DNA of 25,615 bases from a virus: UHGV virus genome UHGV-0137099. One strand, given 5' to 3'. Below the pieces are notes generated by a model. It was not told the origin of the DNA, ran no database searches, and saw nothing but the letters and a program-made list of their open reading frames with translations. This document shows positions 6,997-15,179 of this stretch, one piece after another. Each line of letters starts with the position of its first letter. Position 1 is the stretch's first letter. Made by a program: the position numbers and the translations under genes.

Positions 6997-7980
6997 ATGA
7001 GTATGACGCTTATGGCCAAAGCAATGGCAATCAAGACCGGAAACCCGATTCGAAAACTGGTGCTGATCAAACTGGCTGATAACGCCAATGATTACGGCGA
7101 ATGCTGGCCGTCTTACAAACATATTGCGGATCACTGCGAGTGCAGCAAAAGCGCGGTGCGTGACCATATCGATGCGTTAATTTCTATGGGCCTGCTGGTG
7201 AAAGAAAATCGCCCGGGCGTAAAAAACGGGAAGGGTAACGCGTCGAATTTGTACTGTATGAAACTTGATAACCCTATGCCGCCAAAAAGCATAGCCCCTA
7301 TGCCGTCAGAAAGCACAGGTATGCCGCCAAAAAGCATAGCCCCTATGCCGTGTGGCGGCACCAGAACCAGTCACTCTTTTGAACCAGTCATAGAACCTAA
7401 AGATCCCCCTAACCCCCAGACGGGGGAAGGCGATGAAAAAATTAATTCTGATGCTAAAAAAGCGCTGGATTTTTACAACGAGCAAACCGGTACCCGCTGC
7501 CGTGACCTGAAACCTTTTGTGATGATGCTGACGCCGACCACCACCCGGGAAGGTTACACCCTGGACGAATTGCAGTTAGTTATCCGCTGGGTGCTGGCCA
7601 CATGGCGCCGCCGTGGCGATAGCCTGCCGAAGCCAGCGAACATCTGCCGGGTAAACCGCTTTGATGGTTATCTTGCTGACGCTGAAGCATGGGCGGTGAC
7701 AGAAACCGATATTGATCCGGAAGCCGTTATGAACGGCTACAACGAAATTTTTGCTGACGTTCTGCCTGCTGCTGAACTGGACACCGACCGCCGCCGGATG
7801 ATCACCCGACTTGCCGCCCACATGAAAAACAAAACCACGGGCGCATTTCTGGGTTATTTCGAAAAATTCCGCGCTGACGCCTCCGATTTTTACTTTGGTG
7901 AAAATGGCGGATGGCGCGCCAGCTTTGACTATCTGATGAAACCAGAGACATTGCGTAAGACCAGGGAGGGCGCTTTATGA
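6997..7980 (+). CDS. Replication initiation protein (lambda O-like role), N-terminal winged-helix DNA-binding domain
   Basis: N-terminus IRKLVLIKLADNANDYGECWPSYKHIADHCECSKSAVRDHIDALISMGLLV looks like an HTH replication-initiator domain; contains internal iteron-like DNA repeats; directly followed by a DnaB-like helicase with ATGA overlap. Start could be TTG 6991, ATG 6997 or ATG 7003. Confidence 0.7.
   Translation: MSMTLMAKAMAIKTGNPIRKLVLIKLADNANDYGECWPSYKHIADHCECSKSAVRDHIDALISMGLLVKENRPGVKNGKGNASNLYCMKLDNPMPPKSIAPMPSESTGMPPKSIAPMPCGGTRTSHSFEPVIEPKDPPNPQTGEGDEKINSDAKKALDFYNEQTGTRCRDLKPFVMMLTPTTTREGYTLDELQLVIRWVLATWRRRGDSLPKPANICRVNRFDGYLADAEAWAVTETDIDPEAVMNGYNEIFADVLPAAELDTDRRRMITRLAAHMKNKTTGAFLGYFEKFRADASDFYFGENGGWRASFDYLMKPETLRKTREGAL
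7272..7350 (+). repeat. Iteron-like repeats inside the initiator gene (candidate origin of replication)
   Basis: 30-bp unit ATGCCGCCAAAAAGCATAGCCCCTATGCCG occurs twice (7276-7305, 7321-7350), built from alternating CTATGC / GCATAG half-sites; followed by an AT-rich stretch around 7430-7480. Confidence 0.55.
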
Positions 7981-9383
7981 TGCAGATGATGTATTCCACT
8001 CAGGAACTGGAATGTCTGGTTCTTGGCTGCCTGATGAACGGTGGCGCCACGCCAGACGCCTTTGATGTGATTGCCAGCACTCCGAGCGAAGCTTTCAGCG
8101 TCGCATACTACAGGCAGATTTACGGTGTGATCAAAGCGCAGGCCTTGAGCGGCGGCTTAATTGACATGATGTACATTAGCGAAGCCATTGGCGGACAGGG
8201 GACGCTGGCCAATCTCGCCGATATTTGCAAATTCCCGACATCGATCGTCAATCTCAAAGGCTACGCCAAAAAAATGGTTAAGGCCTGGCGAAGCAGAACC
8301 ATCGCGCAATTACTCCAGGATGGTGCGGATGGTATTCGTGATGCGATAAACCAGGAACAGCGCGATCAGGTTGTCGAAACTGCCGTTGCGCAGCTGCTGG
8401 ACATGACCGGCGACACTGGCGACGTGCAGCCGGTACATATCAGCGAATTATTGCCGGTGTACATGGAAACCATTCAGAAGCGCATGGACGGTGAAGAGGG
8501 TACCCGCAACCTGAAAACCGGGATCGACGAGCTGGATGAAGTCACTGGAGGTTTTAACCCACAGGATTTGATTGTTGTCGGTGCACGCCCGGGTATGGGA
8601 AAAACCGAGCTTGCGCTGAAGATTGTCGATGGTGTTACCGCTGCCGGCGGTGGAGTGTTGATATTCAGCATGGAAATGGCCGCTGCGCAAATCTTAGAAC
8701 GCTCTCTGGCGGGTTCTGGCAACATGTCAGTGTCACGCCTGCGTAATCCCCTCGATATGCAGGACGAGGACTGGGCGCGCTTTACAGCGGCCATGGAGAC
8801 CATGAACGGGCGCGATATCTGGATCGTTGATGCTACCGATCTGACGATTGAGCAAATCCGCGCCGTTGCCGAAACGCATAAGCGCCGGTATCCGCATCTG
8901 GCGATGATCGTTGTCGATTACCTTGGCCTGATTAAAAAACCGAAGGCAGAGCGTAACGACCTCGCGATCGCCCACATATCCCGAAACCTTAAAACTATGG
9001 CTATGCGCCTGCATACGCCGACTTTCGCGCTTAGCCAGCTTTCCCGCGCTGTGGATTCCCGCCCAGCGGCCCAGCGCCGCCCGGTCATGTCAGATCTGCG
9101 CGATTCAGGTTCTATTGAGCAGGACGCCGACAGCATCATGTTTCTGTATCGCGATGAGGTTTACAACCCGGAAAGCCCGGCGGCTGGCGTCGCTGAAATT
9201 ATCCTGGGTAAAAGCCGCTTCAGCGCCGCAGGCGCAATTATTTATCAGGAATTTAAAAACGGACACTTTCTGTCTATGGATCAGCATGTTGGCAAAGAGA
9301 AAACACGTATCCAACTGGAGGCCGCGAAACCCCGGAAACAACCCCGTAAATACTCTGAGAAATTCAATACCGATGCATTTTAA
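7977..9383 (+). CDS. Replicative DNA helicase, DnaB family
   Basis: 468 aa; Walker A GARPGMGKT, Walker B-like IVVDYLGL, helicase C-terminal motifs (SQLSRAVDSR, SDLRDSGSIEQDAD). Confidence 0.93.
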   Translation: MMQMMYSTQELECLVLGCLMNGGATPDAFDVIASTPSEAFSVAYYRQIYGVIKAQALSGGLIDMMYISEAIGGQGTLANLADICKFPTSIVNLKGYAKKMVKAWRSRTIAQLLQDGADGIRDAINQEQRDQVVETAVAQLLDMTGDTGDVQPVHISELLPVYMETIQKRMDGEEGTRNLKTGIDELDEVTGGFNPQDLIVVGARPGMGKTELALKIVDGVTAAGGGVLIFSMEMAAAQILERSLAGSGNMSVSRLRNPLDMQDEDWARFTAAMETMNGRDIWIVDATDLTIEQIRAVAETHKRRYPHLAMIVVDYLGLIKKPKAERNDLAIAHISRNLKTMAMRLHTPTFALSQLSRAVDSRPAAQRRPVMSDLRDSGSIEQDADSIMFLYRDEVYNPESPAAGVAEIILGKSRFSAAGAIIYQEFKNGHFLSMDQHVGKEKTRIQLEAAKPRKQPRKYSEKFNTDAF

Positions 9384-9421
9384 CCGCGCCTGACCAGCGC
9401 GATTTAACAGAGGAAAGACCA

Positions 9422-10090
9422 ATGACCACGAATTTAAATTACCCAAAACCAGTAAAACCGGATGATGGCTGCAACTGGCTCCCCGTTATTCTCTGGCGCA
9501 TGAACGCCGGCGCGCGCGCCCGTAGCCGTTCCGTGTTCGTTGCGGCGCCACGTCCGGCACCTGTACCCGGCATCACCCCGCAAAAACCGATTAAACGTGA
9601 AATTATCGCCCCTACGGTTTCCGGTCGCAGGCGAAAAACCCACATCGGCACTGTGATTTATTCCAGAGGTGAAAAAAACGTTCGCCTGAGTGAAGGTGCT
9701 ACCGTCTGGTCTGCTGGCTCTAATGAGCATTTCGATAAAAAAACGGGCCGGCGCGTTGGCAGTATTGGCCGTCACCGTCTGGTGCTTGAGAGTATTCGCC
9801 CATTGCGGGCCAGCGACGAACAGCAGGACGCCGGGAGCATCACCGCGCAGCAACTGGTATCCGTGATGAAAGGCAAAACGCTTTCTTACCAGGGCATTCT
9901 AGCATTAATCCAGAAGCACTACCCAGATTGTCAGGTGACGATTAAAGAACTTCACGATCGCGTGTTCGGCATGTTCATGTCGAATTACGTGGGTATCACC
10001 CGTCACGACGATATGCCGGTGGTTCACTTCACGCTTAACAGCGTCGATCCCCGTTATTACATCGAGTCAGCGAAGAACAAGAGGGCATAA
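9422..10090 (+). CDS. Hypothetical protein (222 aa, basic N-terminal half)
   Basis: ORF preceded by GC hairpin CGCGCCTGACCAGCGCG and AGGAAAGACCAATG; no recognisable motif. Confidence 0.55.
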   Translation: MTTNLNYPKPVKPDDGCNWLPVILWRMNAGARARSRSVFVAAPRPAPVPGITPQKPIKREIIAPTVSGRRRKTHIGTVIYSRGEKNVRLSEGATVWSAGSNEHFDKKTGRRVGSIGRHRLVLESIRPLRASDEQQDAGSITAQQLVSVMKGKTLSYQGILALIQKHYPDCQVTIKELHDRVFGMFMSNYVGITRHDDMPVVHFTLNSVDPRYYIESAKNKRA

Positions 10091-10093
10091 GGC

Positions 10094-10327
10094 ATGGCCG
10101 GGCAATCAGATTACTTGCCGCCCGGCTTACCGCTCAATCGCGCCAAATGGCCGCAGGAGTGCCAGATCAAAGAGCACTACGACATGCGCGCCTCGGCACT
10201 CATACGCCAGCTGTTCGAGAAGAAAGTTACTCGACAGGCCATCGTAGAACAGATTGCAGCGACGCCGGAAAGCTACCGGGAGTTTTTCAAAGAGAGATTG
10301 AATTTTTGGCGGGAGAAGCGGACATGA
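10094..10327 (+). CDS. Hypothetical protein (77 aa)
   Basis: Tightly packed ORF 4 nt after the previous stop. Confidence 0.45.
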   Translation: MAGQSDYLPPGLPLNRAKWPQECQIKEHYDMRASALIRQLFEKKVTRQAIVEQIAATPESYREFFKERLNFWREKRT

Positions 10328-10494
10328 AATTTTCAACACCTGATTTTATGCATTGCAGCCGCAGGACGCTGATGCTGTTCGTACTCAGTGCAAATGTTGT
10401 TGGCTGGATAGTCATTATCGCTCTTATTTGGGCTGGATGTGAGGTTGTGCAGTGGGCGCTGGAATATCTCCGCAGTAGTGGGGTGCTGGCGTGA
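10324..10494 (+). CDS. Small predicted membrane protein (56 aa)
   Basis: ATG overlaps the upstream stop (ATGA); hydrophobic core LMLFVLSANVVGWIVIIALIWAG; its stop overlaps the next start (GTGA). The track's longer start at 10147 would overlap the upstream gene. Confidence 0.4.
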   Translation: MKFSTPDFMHCSRRTLMLFVLSANVVGWIVIIALIWAGCEVVQWALEYLRSSGVLA

Positions 10495-11081
10495 ATAACA
10501 AATACACCTTGATTTATGCGGATCCGCCCTGGACGTACCGCGATAAAGCCAAAGATGGCGAGCGTGGCGCCGGGCATAAATACCAGACCATGACTGTGCT
10601 CGATATCTGCCGTCTCCCGGTCTGGGAACTGGCCGCTGAAAACTGCCTGCTGGCTATGTGGTGGGTGCCGACTCAGCCGCTGGAGGCGTTGCGAGTAGTC
10701 GAGGCGTGGGGCTTCCGTCTGATGACCATGAAAGGCTTTACGTGGAACAAATGCTACAGCCGGCAGACCGACAAACTGGCCCTCGGAATGGGCCATATGA
10801 CCAGAGCGAACAGCGAGGATTGCCTTTTCGCTGTGCAGGGGAAATTACCCGCCCGGCTGGATGCCGGGATCGTTCAGTCATTCGTGGCCCCGCGTCTGGA
10901 GCATTCGCGCAAACCGGATATCGTGCGCGAAAAGCTGGTGCAGCTGCTGGGCGATGTACCGCGTATTGAGTTATTCGCCCGCCTGTCGTCGCATGGTTTC
11001 GACGTGTGGGGTAATCAGTGTGAATCGCCAGCGGTGACGCTGCTGCCGGGCATTGCAGAATATATCGGGGAGGTAGCATAG
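10491..11081 (+). CDS. MT-A70-family N6-adenine DNA methyltransferase
   Basis: 196 aa; catalytic DPPW motif (LIYADPPWTY) and downstream conserved blocks typical of the MT-A70 family; GTG start. Confidence 0.8.
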   Translation: MNNKYTLIYADPPWTYRDKAKDGERGAGHKYQTMTVLDICRLPVWELAAENCLLAMWWVPTQPLEALRVVEAWGFRLMTMKGFTWNKCYSRQTDKLALGMGHMTRANSEDCLFAVQGKLPARLDAGIVQSFVAPRLEHSRKPDIVREKLVQLLGDVPRIELFARLSSHGFDVWGNQCESPAVTLLPGIAEYIGEVA

Positions 11082-11264
11082 ATGGCAGATTTTAGCGCAA
11101 CCAAAAGAACCGCGTCGCTCGAAGATTGGGGCGACGCGCTGGAATTAATCGTCGAATTAAATGGTAAATCATTCGATATCACAGAAATGGAGATTGAAGC
11201 CGCTTACGAGGCATATAAGCGAGTTGATGATTTTTTTTATGACGAATGGGGTGATGATCAATGA
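11082..11264 (+). CDS. Small very acidic protein (60 aa; 17 Asp/Glu against 5 Lys/Arg)
   Basis: ORF exactly filling the gap between the two methyltransferase genes; composition counted from the translation. Confidence 0.5.
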   Translation: MADFSATKRTASLEDWGDALELIVELNGKSFDITEMEIEAAYEAYKRVDDFFYDEWGDDQ

Positions 11265-12094
11265 TTGAAAAAAAAATCAGGCATCCTGTAATCAGATATC
11301 ACGGCGGGAAATTCCGACTGGCACACTGGATTATCGAGCAGATGCCGGACCACGTCTGCTATGTCGAACCGTTCGGCGGCGCTGCTGGCGTATTGCTTCA
11401 AAAATCGCGTAGCTATTCAGAGGTGTACAACGATCTCGACGGCGAGGTGGTGAACCTGTTTCGTGTGTTGCGCGACCCTGAATTAAACCAGCGCCTGCAG
11501 GATGCCTGTTGCCTGACCCCGTATTCACGCGATGAGTTCTGTCACGCTCAGCAACCAGCCACTAACCCTATCGAACGCGCCCGCCGTATGGTGGTTCGTG
11601 CCTGTATGGGGTTCGGCTCTGCCGCAGGTATCGGCGGTCAATCCGGCTTCCGCAGCGACAGCAAACGCAAATACGCTACGGCGGCGCATCTATGGGAGCG
11701 TTACCCGGCTAATCTCGCTGTTGTCTGTCAGCGCCTTCAAGGAGTCATCATCGAGAACAAAGACGCTCTGGCGGTAATGCGCGCCCACGACGCAGAAACG
11801 ACGCTGCATTACATCGATCCGCCATATATGCCGGAAACACGAGTGCAGAAAAATCGTTATTACAACCATGAAATGACCGTTGAAGGGCATGAGCAATTGC
11901 TCGCTGTGTCCAGAACGATGAAAGGCATGGTGATGATTAGCGGTTACGACACTGATGTCTACAACGACATGCTATCCGGCTGGGCGAAGACCGAGAAAGC
12001 ATCGCGCATCAGTGCCGGTCGCGGTATGAAAGTCCGTACTGAATGCCTCTGGCTTAACCCTGCAGCACAACAGAAACAGGAGCGTGCAGCATGA
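11261..12094 (+). CDS. Dam-like (D12 class) N6-adenine DNA methyltransferase
   Basis: 277 aa; SAM-binding motif EPFGGAAGV and catalytic DPPY (HYIDPPYM). Confidence 0.88.
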   Translation: MIEKKIRHPVIRYHGGKFRLAHWIIEQMPDHVCYVEPFGGAAGVLLQKSRSYSEVYNDLDGEVVNLFRVLRDPELNQRLQDACCLTPYSRDEFCHAQQPATNPIERARRMVVRACMGFGSAAGIGGQSGFRSDSKRKYATAAHLWERYPANLAVVCQRLQGVIIENKDALAVMRAHDAETTLHYIDPPYMPETRVQKNRYYNHEMTVEGHEQLLAVSRTMKGMVMISGYDTDVYNDMLSGWAKTEKASRISAGRGMKVRTECLWLNPAAQQKQERAA

Positions 12095-12127
12095 CAAAAT
12101 GCTGTAAGTGCTGCGAGAAGGTGATTT

Positions 12128-12466
12128 ATGGCTAAGTCATCCGCAGAACGTAAAGCCGCGCAGAGGGCGCGGCAATCTGCCGCCGGCAACCGGAAAATTG
12201 AGCTGGTTCTCGATGCGCAGGAAATGGACATGCTGGCGCGTAACTGCGCCGCCCGGCGCCCGGGCCGTGAACCGTACGAACTGGCCGAGTACATAGCTAT
12301 GCTGATCCGTCAGGATGATGTGCGGCTTAGTGGCCACATCAAATCGATCAGCAAACGCCTGTGTGGAAAGTGCGGTGAGTCGCTGCCGATCACCTCCTGC
12401 CCGTGTGCTGGTGATTCGCAATGCTGGGTAACGCGCGGGTGGCACGAAACTAAGCTGACAGTGTGA
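12128..12466 (+). CDS. Hypothetical protein with C-terminal Cys cluster (CGKCGESLPITSCPCAGDSQC)
   Basis: 112-aa ORF; possible small zinc-binding protein; no family recognised. Confidence 0.45.
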   Translation: MAKSSAERKAAQRARQSAAGNRKIELVLDAQEMDMLARNCAARRPGREPYELAEYIAMLIRQDDVRLSGHIKSISKRLCGKCGESLPITSCPCAGDSQCWVTRGWHETKLTV

Positions 12467-12541
12467 GGAGTAATCATTTTTTATGAAGCCTTATATGTTC
12501 TTGATAAAAGATGTGATTTATCAATTTATGCCCTTAAAAAT

Positions 12542-12570
12542 TTGCGATCACTACTCGTTGGTAGTATATA
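12542..12570 (+). promoter_or_regulatory. Sigma70-like promoter inside an AT-rich moron
   Basis: -35 TTGCGA (12542-12547), 17-bp spacer, -10 TATATA (12565-12570); followed by palindrome ACTGTGAATTTATACAGT and SD GGAGAGG. Confidence 0.45.
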
Positions 12571-12609
12571 TACTGTGAATTTATACAGTATTATTGTTGA
12601 GGAGAGGTA

Positions 12610-12801
12610 GTGGTTGATAAGAAAGACGCAGGAGACCTTCTCCCCGACAATGGTGATGTACTGATTACTTGTGAAAATGGGAAGATTAAGAAGACCAGAA
12701 TTGTCCATCCCGATGAGCACGTAGCGACACTTAACGCGTTGTTTGAATTAGCTAAATTGACTGGTTATACCATTATCAAACCAGACGGCAATATGCTATA
12801 A
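12610..12801 (+). CDS. Hypothetical small protein (63 aa) in an AT-rich moron
   Basis: GTG start after SD GGAGAGG; local GC clearly lower than its neighbours; own promoter-like sequence upstream. Confidence 0.4.
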   Translation: MVDKKDAGDLLPDNGDVLITCENGKIKKTRIVHPDEHVATLNALFELAKLTGYTIIKPDGNML

Positions 12802-12869
12802 TTACACCGTTGGCCTGAACACCCAACACCATGTAATTCTGAACAATTGCTGCGCTAAAGGGGATCCCA

Positions 12870-13466
12870 ATGGCGCAGTATTCTTTTGTAAAAGCACCCG
12901 GCGGTGTATTAATTCCGGCAACGCCTGACGCCCGCGATTTTTTAGAAAAAAAAGTCCGCCTGGGCGGTATTTTGTATGCAGATTTTAAGCAGGCAAGAAA
13001 CCCGGCATTTCACCGTAAATTTTTTGCCCTCCTGAATCTTGGATTTGATTACTGGCAACCTTCCGGCGGTGCAATATTGCCAGCTGATAAAAAACTGGTT
13101 CGTGGTTATGTGCAACTGGTAGCCCACTATGCCGGGCATGCAGACACGTTGCAGGAACTGGCGGATCAGTACCTCCGCGATGAGGCAGAAAAACGCGCAG
13201 GGAATATCAGCGCTGTTAAATCGTTTGAAGCATTCCGTTCCTGGGTAACTATCGAAGCTGGTTTTTATACCGAATACCAGATGCCTGATGGCACCACCCG
13301 CAAAGAACCCAAATCCATATCGTTCGCAAAAATGGACGATGTAGAATTCTCCCAGCTGTATAAATCCGTATTAGACGTCCTCTGGAATTTTATTCTATTC
13401 CGCACCTTCCCCAATCAGCAGGCAGCGGAAAACGCAGCCTCTCAGCTTTTCAGTTATGCGGCCTGA
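12870..13466 (+). CDS. Hypothetical phage protein (198 aa)
   Basis: Long clean ORF with SD AAAGGGGA upstream; no catalytic motif recognised. Confidence 0.6.
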   Translation: MAQYSFVKAPGGVLIPATPDARDFLEKKVRLGGILYADFKQARNPAFHRKFFALLNLGFDYWQPSGGAILPADKKLVRGYVQLVAHYAGHADTLQELADQYLRDEAEKRAGNISAVKSFEAFRSWVTIEAGFYTEYQMPDGTTRKEPKSISFAKMDDVEFSQLYKSVLDVLWNFILFRTFPNQQAAENAASQLFSYAA

Positions 13467-13476
13467 GGCGGACACT

Positions 13477-13953
13477 ATGAAATTCAATATTCGCTCTCAG
13501 ATCGTCGAAATGGATGTGGCCGACGCCCTGAATTTTGTGGGTTACCCCATCCACATTGGCTCGAATGGCTATGCAAAAGTCACCGGCTGGCATTTTGGCA
13601 AGGAAAGATACCTTCATCGCGTCATCATGAATGCGGGACCTCAGGATGTTGTTGATCACATTGATGGTAATAAGCTCAACTGCTCCCGCTCAAATTTGAG
13701 GATCTGCACACAGTCAGACAATACCAAAAACGTTGGTTTGAGGAGTGACAATAGCTCGGGAATTCCGGGAGTTTACTGGGTACCCACTCGCCTCAAATGG
13801 GCGGCGCAAATTTCAGTTGATGGCAGGACTGTTAGTTTAGGCCGCTTTGATGAAATGGCCGATGCTATCGATGCCCGCCGGAAAGCAGAAGATTTGTATT
13901 ACGGGGAGTTTGCAGCCAGCAAGGGGGTGCTTTGTGAAAAAGCGCACCAGTAA
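13477..13953 (+). CDS. HNH endonuclease with C-terminal AP2 DNA-binding domain (homing-endonuclease-like)
   Basis: HNH block HRVIMNAGPQDVVDHIDGNKLNCSRSNLRICTQSDNTKN; AP2-like block GIPGVYWVPTRLKWAAQISVDGRTVSLGRFDEMADAIDARRKAEDLYYGEFA. Start set at ATG 13477, after the upstream stop. Confidence 0.8.
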   Translation: MKFNIRSQIVEMDVADALNFVGYPIHIGSNGYAKVTGWHFGKERYLHRVIMNAGPQDVVDHIDGNKLNCSRSNLRICTQSDNTKNVGLRSDNSSGIPGVYWVPTRLKWAAQISVDGRTVSLGRFDEMADAIDARRKAEDLYYGEFAASKGVLCEKAHQ

Positions 13954-14248
13954 ATCAGACAAACAGCATTTCCAAGATCTCGTAGAGATAGGTTGTATTG
14001 TCTGCAAAGTACACCTCGGCGTGTACTCCCCCCCTGAAATTCACCACATCCGCAAAGGGCAGGGCATAGCCCAGCGCGCCGACCACAAAGAAACTCTCCC
14101 GCTTTGCCCTCCACACCACAGAACCGGCGGACACGGCGTAGCTATCCATGCAGGGCAAAAAACATGGGAAGAAAACTACGGAACGGAGACTGAATTGCTC
14201 GAACAGGTCACTAACGAGGTAAAGGAATTACGCTTATGCAGAATTTAA
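13934..14248 (+). CDS. HNH-family nuclease, Ref-like (recombination enhancement function) candidate
   Basis: Cys/His pattern CIVCKVH ... HHIRKG ... LPLCPPHH typical of zinc-finger HNH nucleases; GTG start at 13934 preceded by AAGGGGG. The track's longer start would overlap the HNH-AP2 gene. Confidence 0.5.
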   Translation: MKKRTSKSDKQHFQDLVEIGCIVCKVHLGVYSPPEIHHIRKGQGIAQRADHKETLPLCPPHHRTGGHGVAIHAGQKTWEENYGTETELLEQVTNEVKELRLCRI

Positions 14249-14400
14249 TTCCGTCTCTAAGAGCAGCAGATAACGCTAAAAAATGCGGTTGGCCAACGCG
14301 TCCGGAAAGCATGAAATTCTGTTCAGGCTCCTTTTTCATTCTGGCGGGCGGTGATTTTGCCCTTCTCTATGCTCGCGCACGCGCGCGTTTAGGGGGCTGA
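14236..14400 (+). CDS. Hypothetical small protein (54 aa)
   Basis: Uninterrupted reading frame filling the gap before the next gene; below the track's 60-aa cutoff; weak support. Confidence 0.25.
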   Translation: MQNLIPSLRAADNAKKCGWPTRPESMKFCSGSFFILAGGDFALLYARARARLGG

Positions 14401-14403
14401 TTT

Positions 14404-14700
14404 ATGCCGCTGGTCGCCACCTTCCGTACAGACTGGTTCAGAGTCATTACCGACCTGACCCGAAAAAATCTCACCACTCAGCAAATCGCCGATGAACTTG
14501 GCGTTTCAAAATCCGCCGTCCTCGGCTGGAAATCTGGATCAGAGCCTCGCCATGGTCACGGTGAAGCATTGATTGCTCTCTGGTGTCTGGCTACCAGCTC
14601 AGACCGTAAAAAACTCCCTACTGTGCTTTACCGGCAGTGGTGGACGTTCCGCCGCCCTGTTTTTGGTCGGGAAACTGACCAGAAGGGCAACACACAATGA
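14404..14700 (+). CDS. Hypothetical HTH-containing protein (98 aa), possible late regulator
   Basis: SD AGGGGG upstream; HTH-like segment LTTQQIADELGVSKSAVLGW. Confidence 0.5.
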   Translation: MPLVATFRTDWFRVITDLTRKNLTTQQIADELGVSKSAVLGWKSGSEPRHGHGEALIALWCLATSSDRKKLPTVLYRQWWTFRRPVFGRETDQKGNTQ

Positions 14701-14728
14701 CGACTCACTAATTCAGGAGTGAAAAAAA

Positions 14729-15169
14729 ATGGCTCGACCGAAAAAAATCGTTGAGACGCCGGGGCAGGAAAAATCTGCGCCGGAAGAAAAAACGCTCGTT
14801 ACTGAGGGGCAGTTAATTACTGCTGAACAGAACGGCGCGCAGCACCAGGGAAACGGCAGCGGCGAAGAGACCGTGCAGAAAAAGGTTTCAACACTGCTTG
14901 ATGGTACTCAGTTGGCAGAACGTAACGCCATTCTCGCCACGCTGAACGCGCAGGGTGCTGCCATCGTTGCCCGCTTCGAAGAGTACGCCTTCACCGACAT
15001 TGTCGGCCACCCGCTGACCAACTGCCTCGATTTCCTCGATCTGGTACGCAAAGCCACTGATTTAAGCACTGGCGGCACAGCGGAGCAGGTGACAAACGAG
15101 GAAGGCAAAAAGCAACCCGTACGCAGCGCGCCGGTATTAACCGAACATGGCTGGCACGTTCCGGGCTAA
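14729..15169 (+). CDS. Hypothetical protein (146 aa)
   Basis: ORF with SD GGAGTG upstream, in the leader of the virion module. Confidence 0.5.
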   Translation: MARPKKIVETPGQEKSAPEEKTLVTEGQLITAEQNGAQHQGNGSGEETVQKKVSTLLDGTQLAERNAILATLNAQGAAIVARFEEYAFTDIVGHPLTNCLDFLDLVRKATDLSTGGTAEQVTNEEGKKQPVRSAPVLTEHGWHVPG

Positions 15170-15179
15170 GGAGAGTTTT

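Noticed and set aside
10287-10796. 169-aa minus-strand ORF spanning the membrane-peptide and MT-A70 genes
   Set aside because: Antisense to two tightly coupled plus-strand genes, one with a clear methyltransferase motif.
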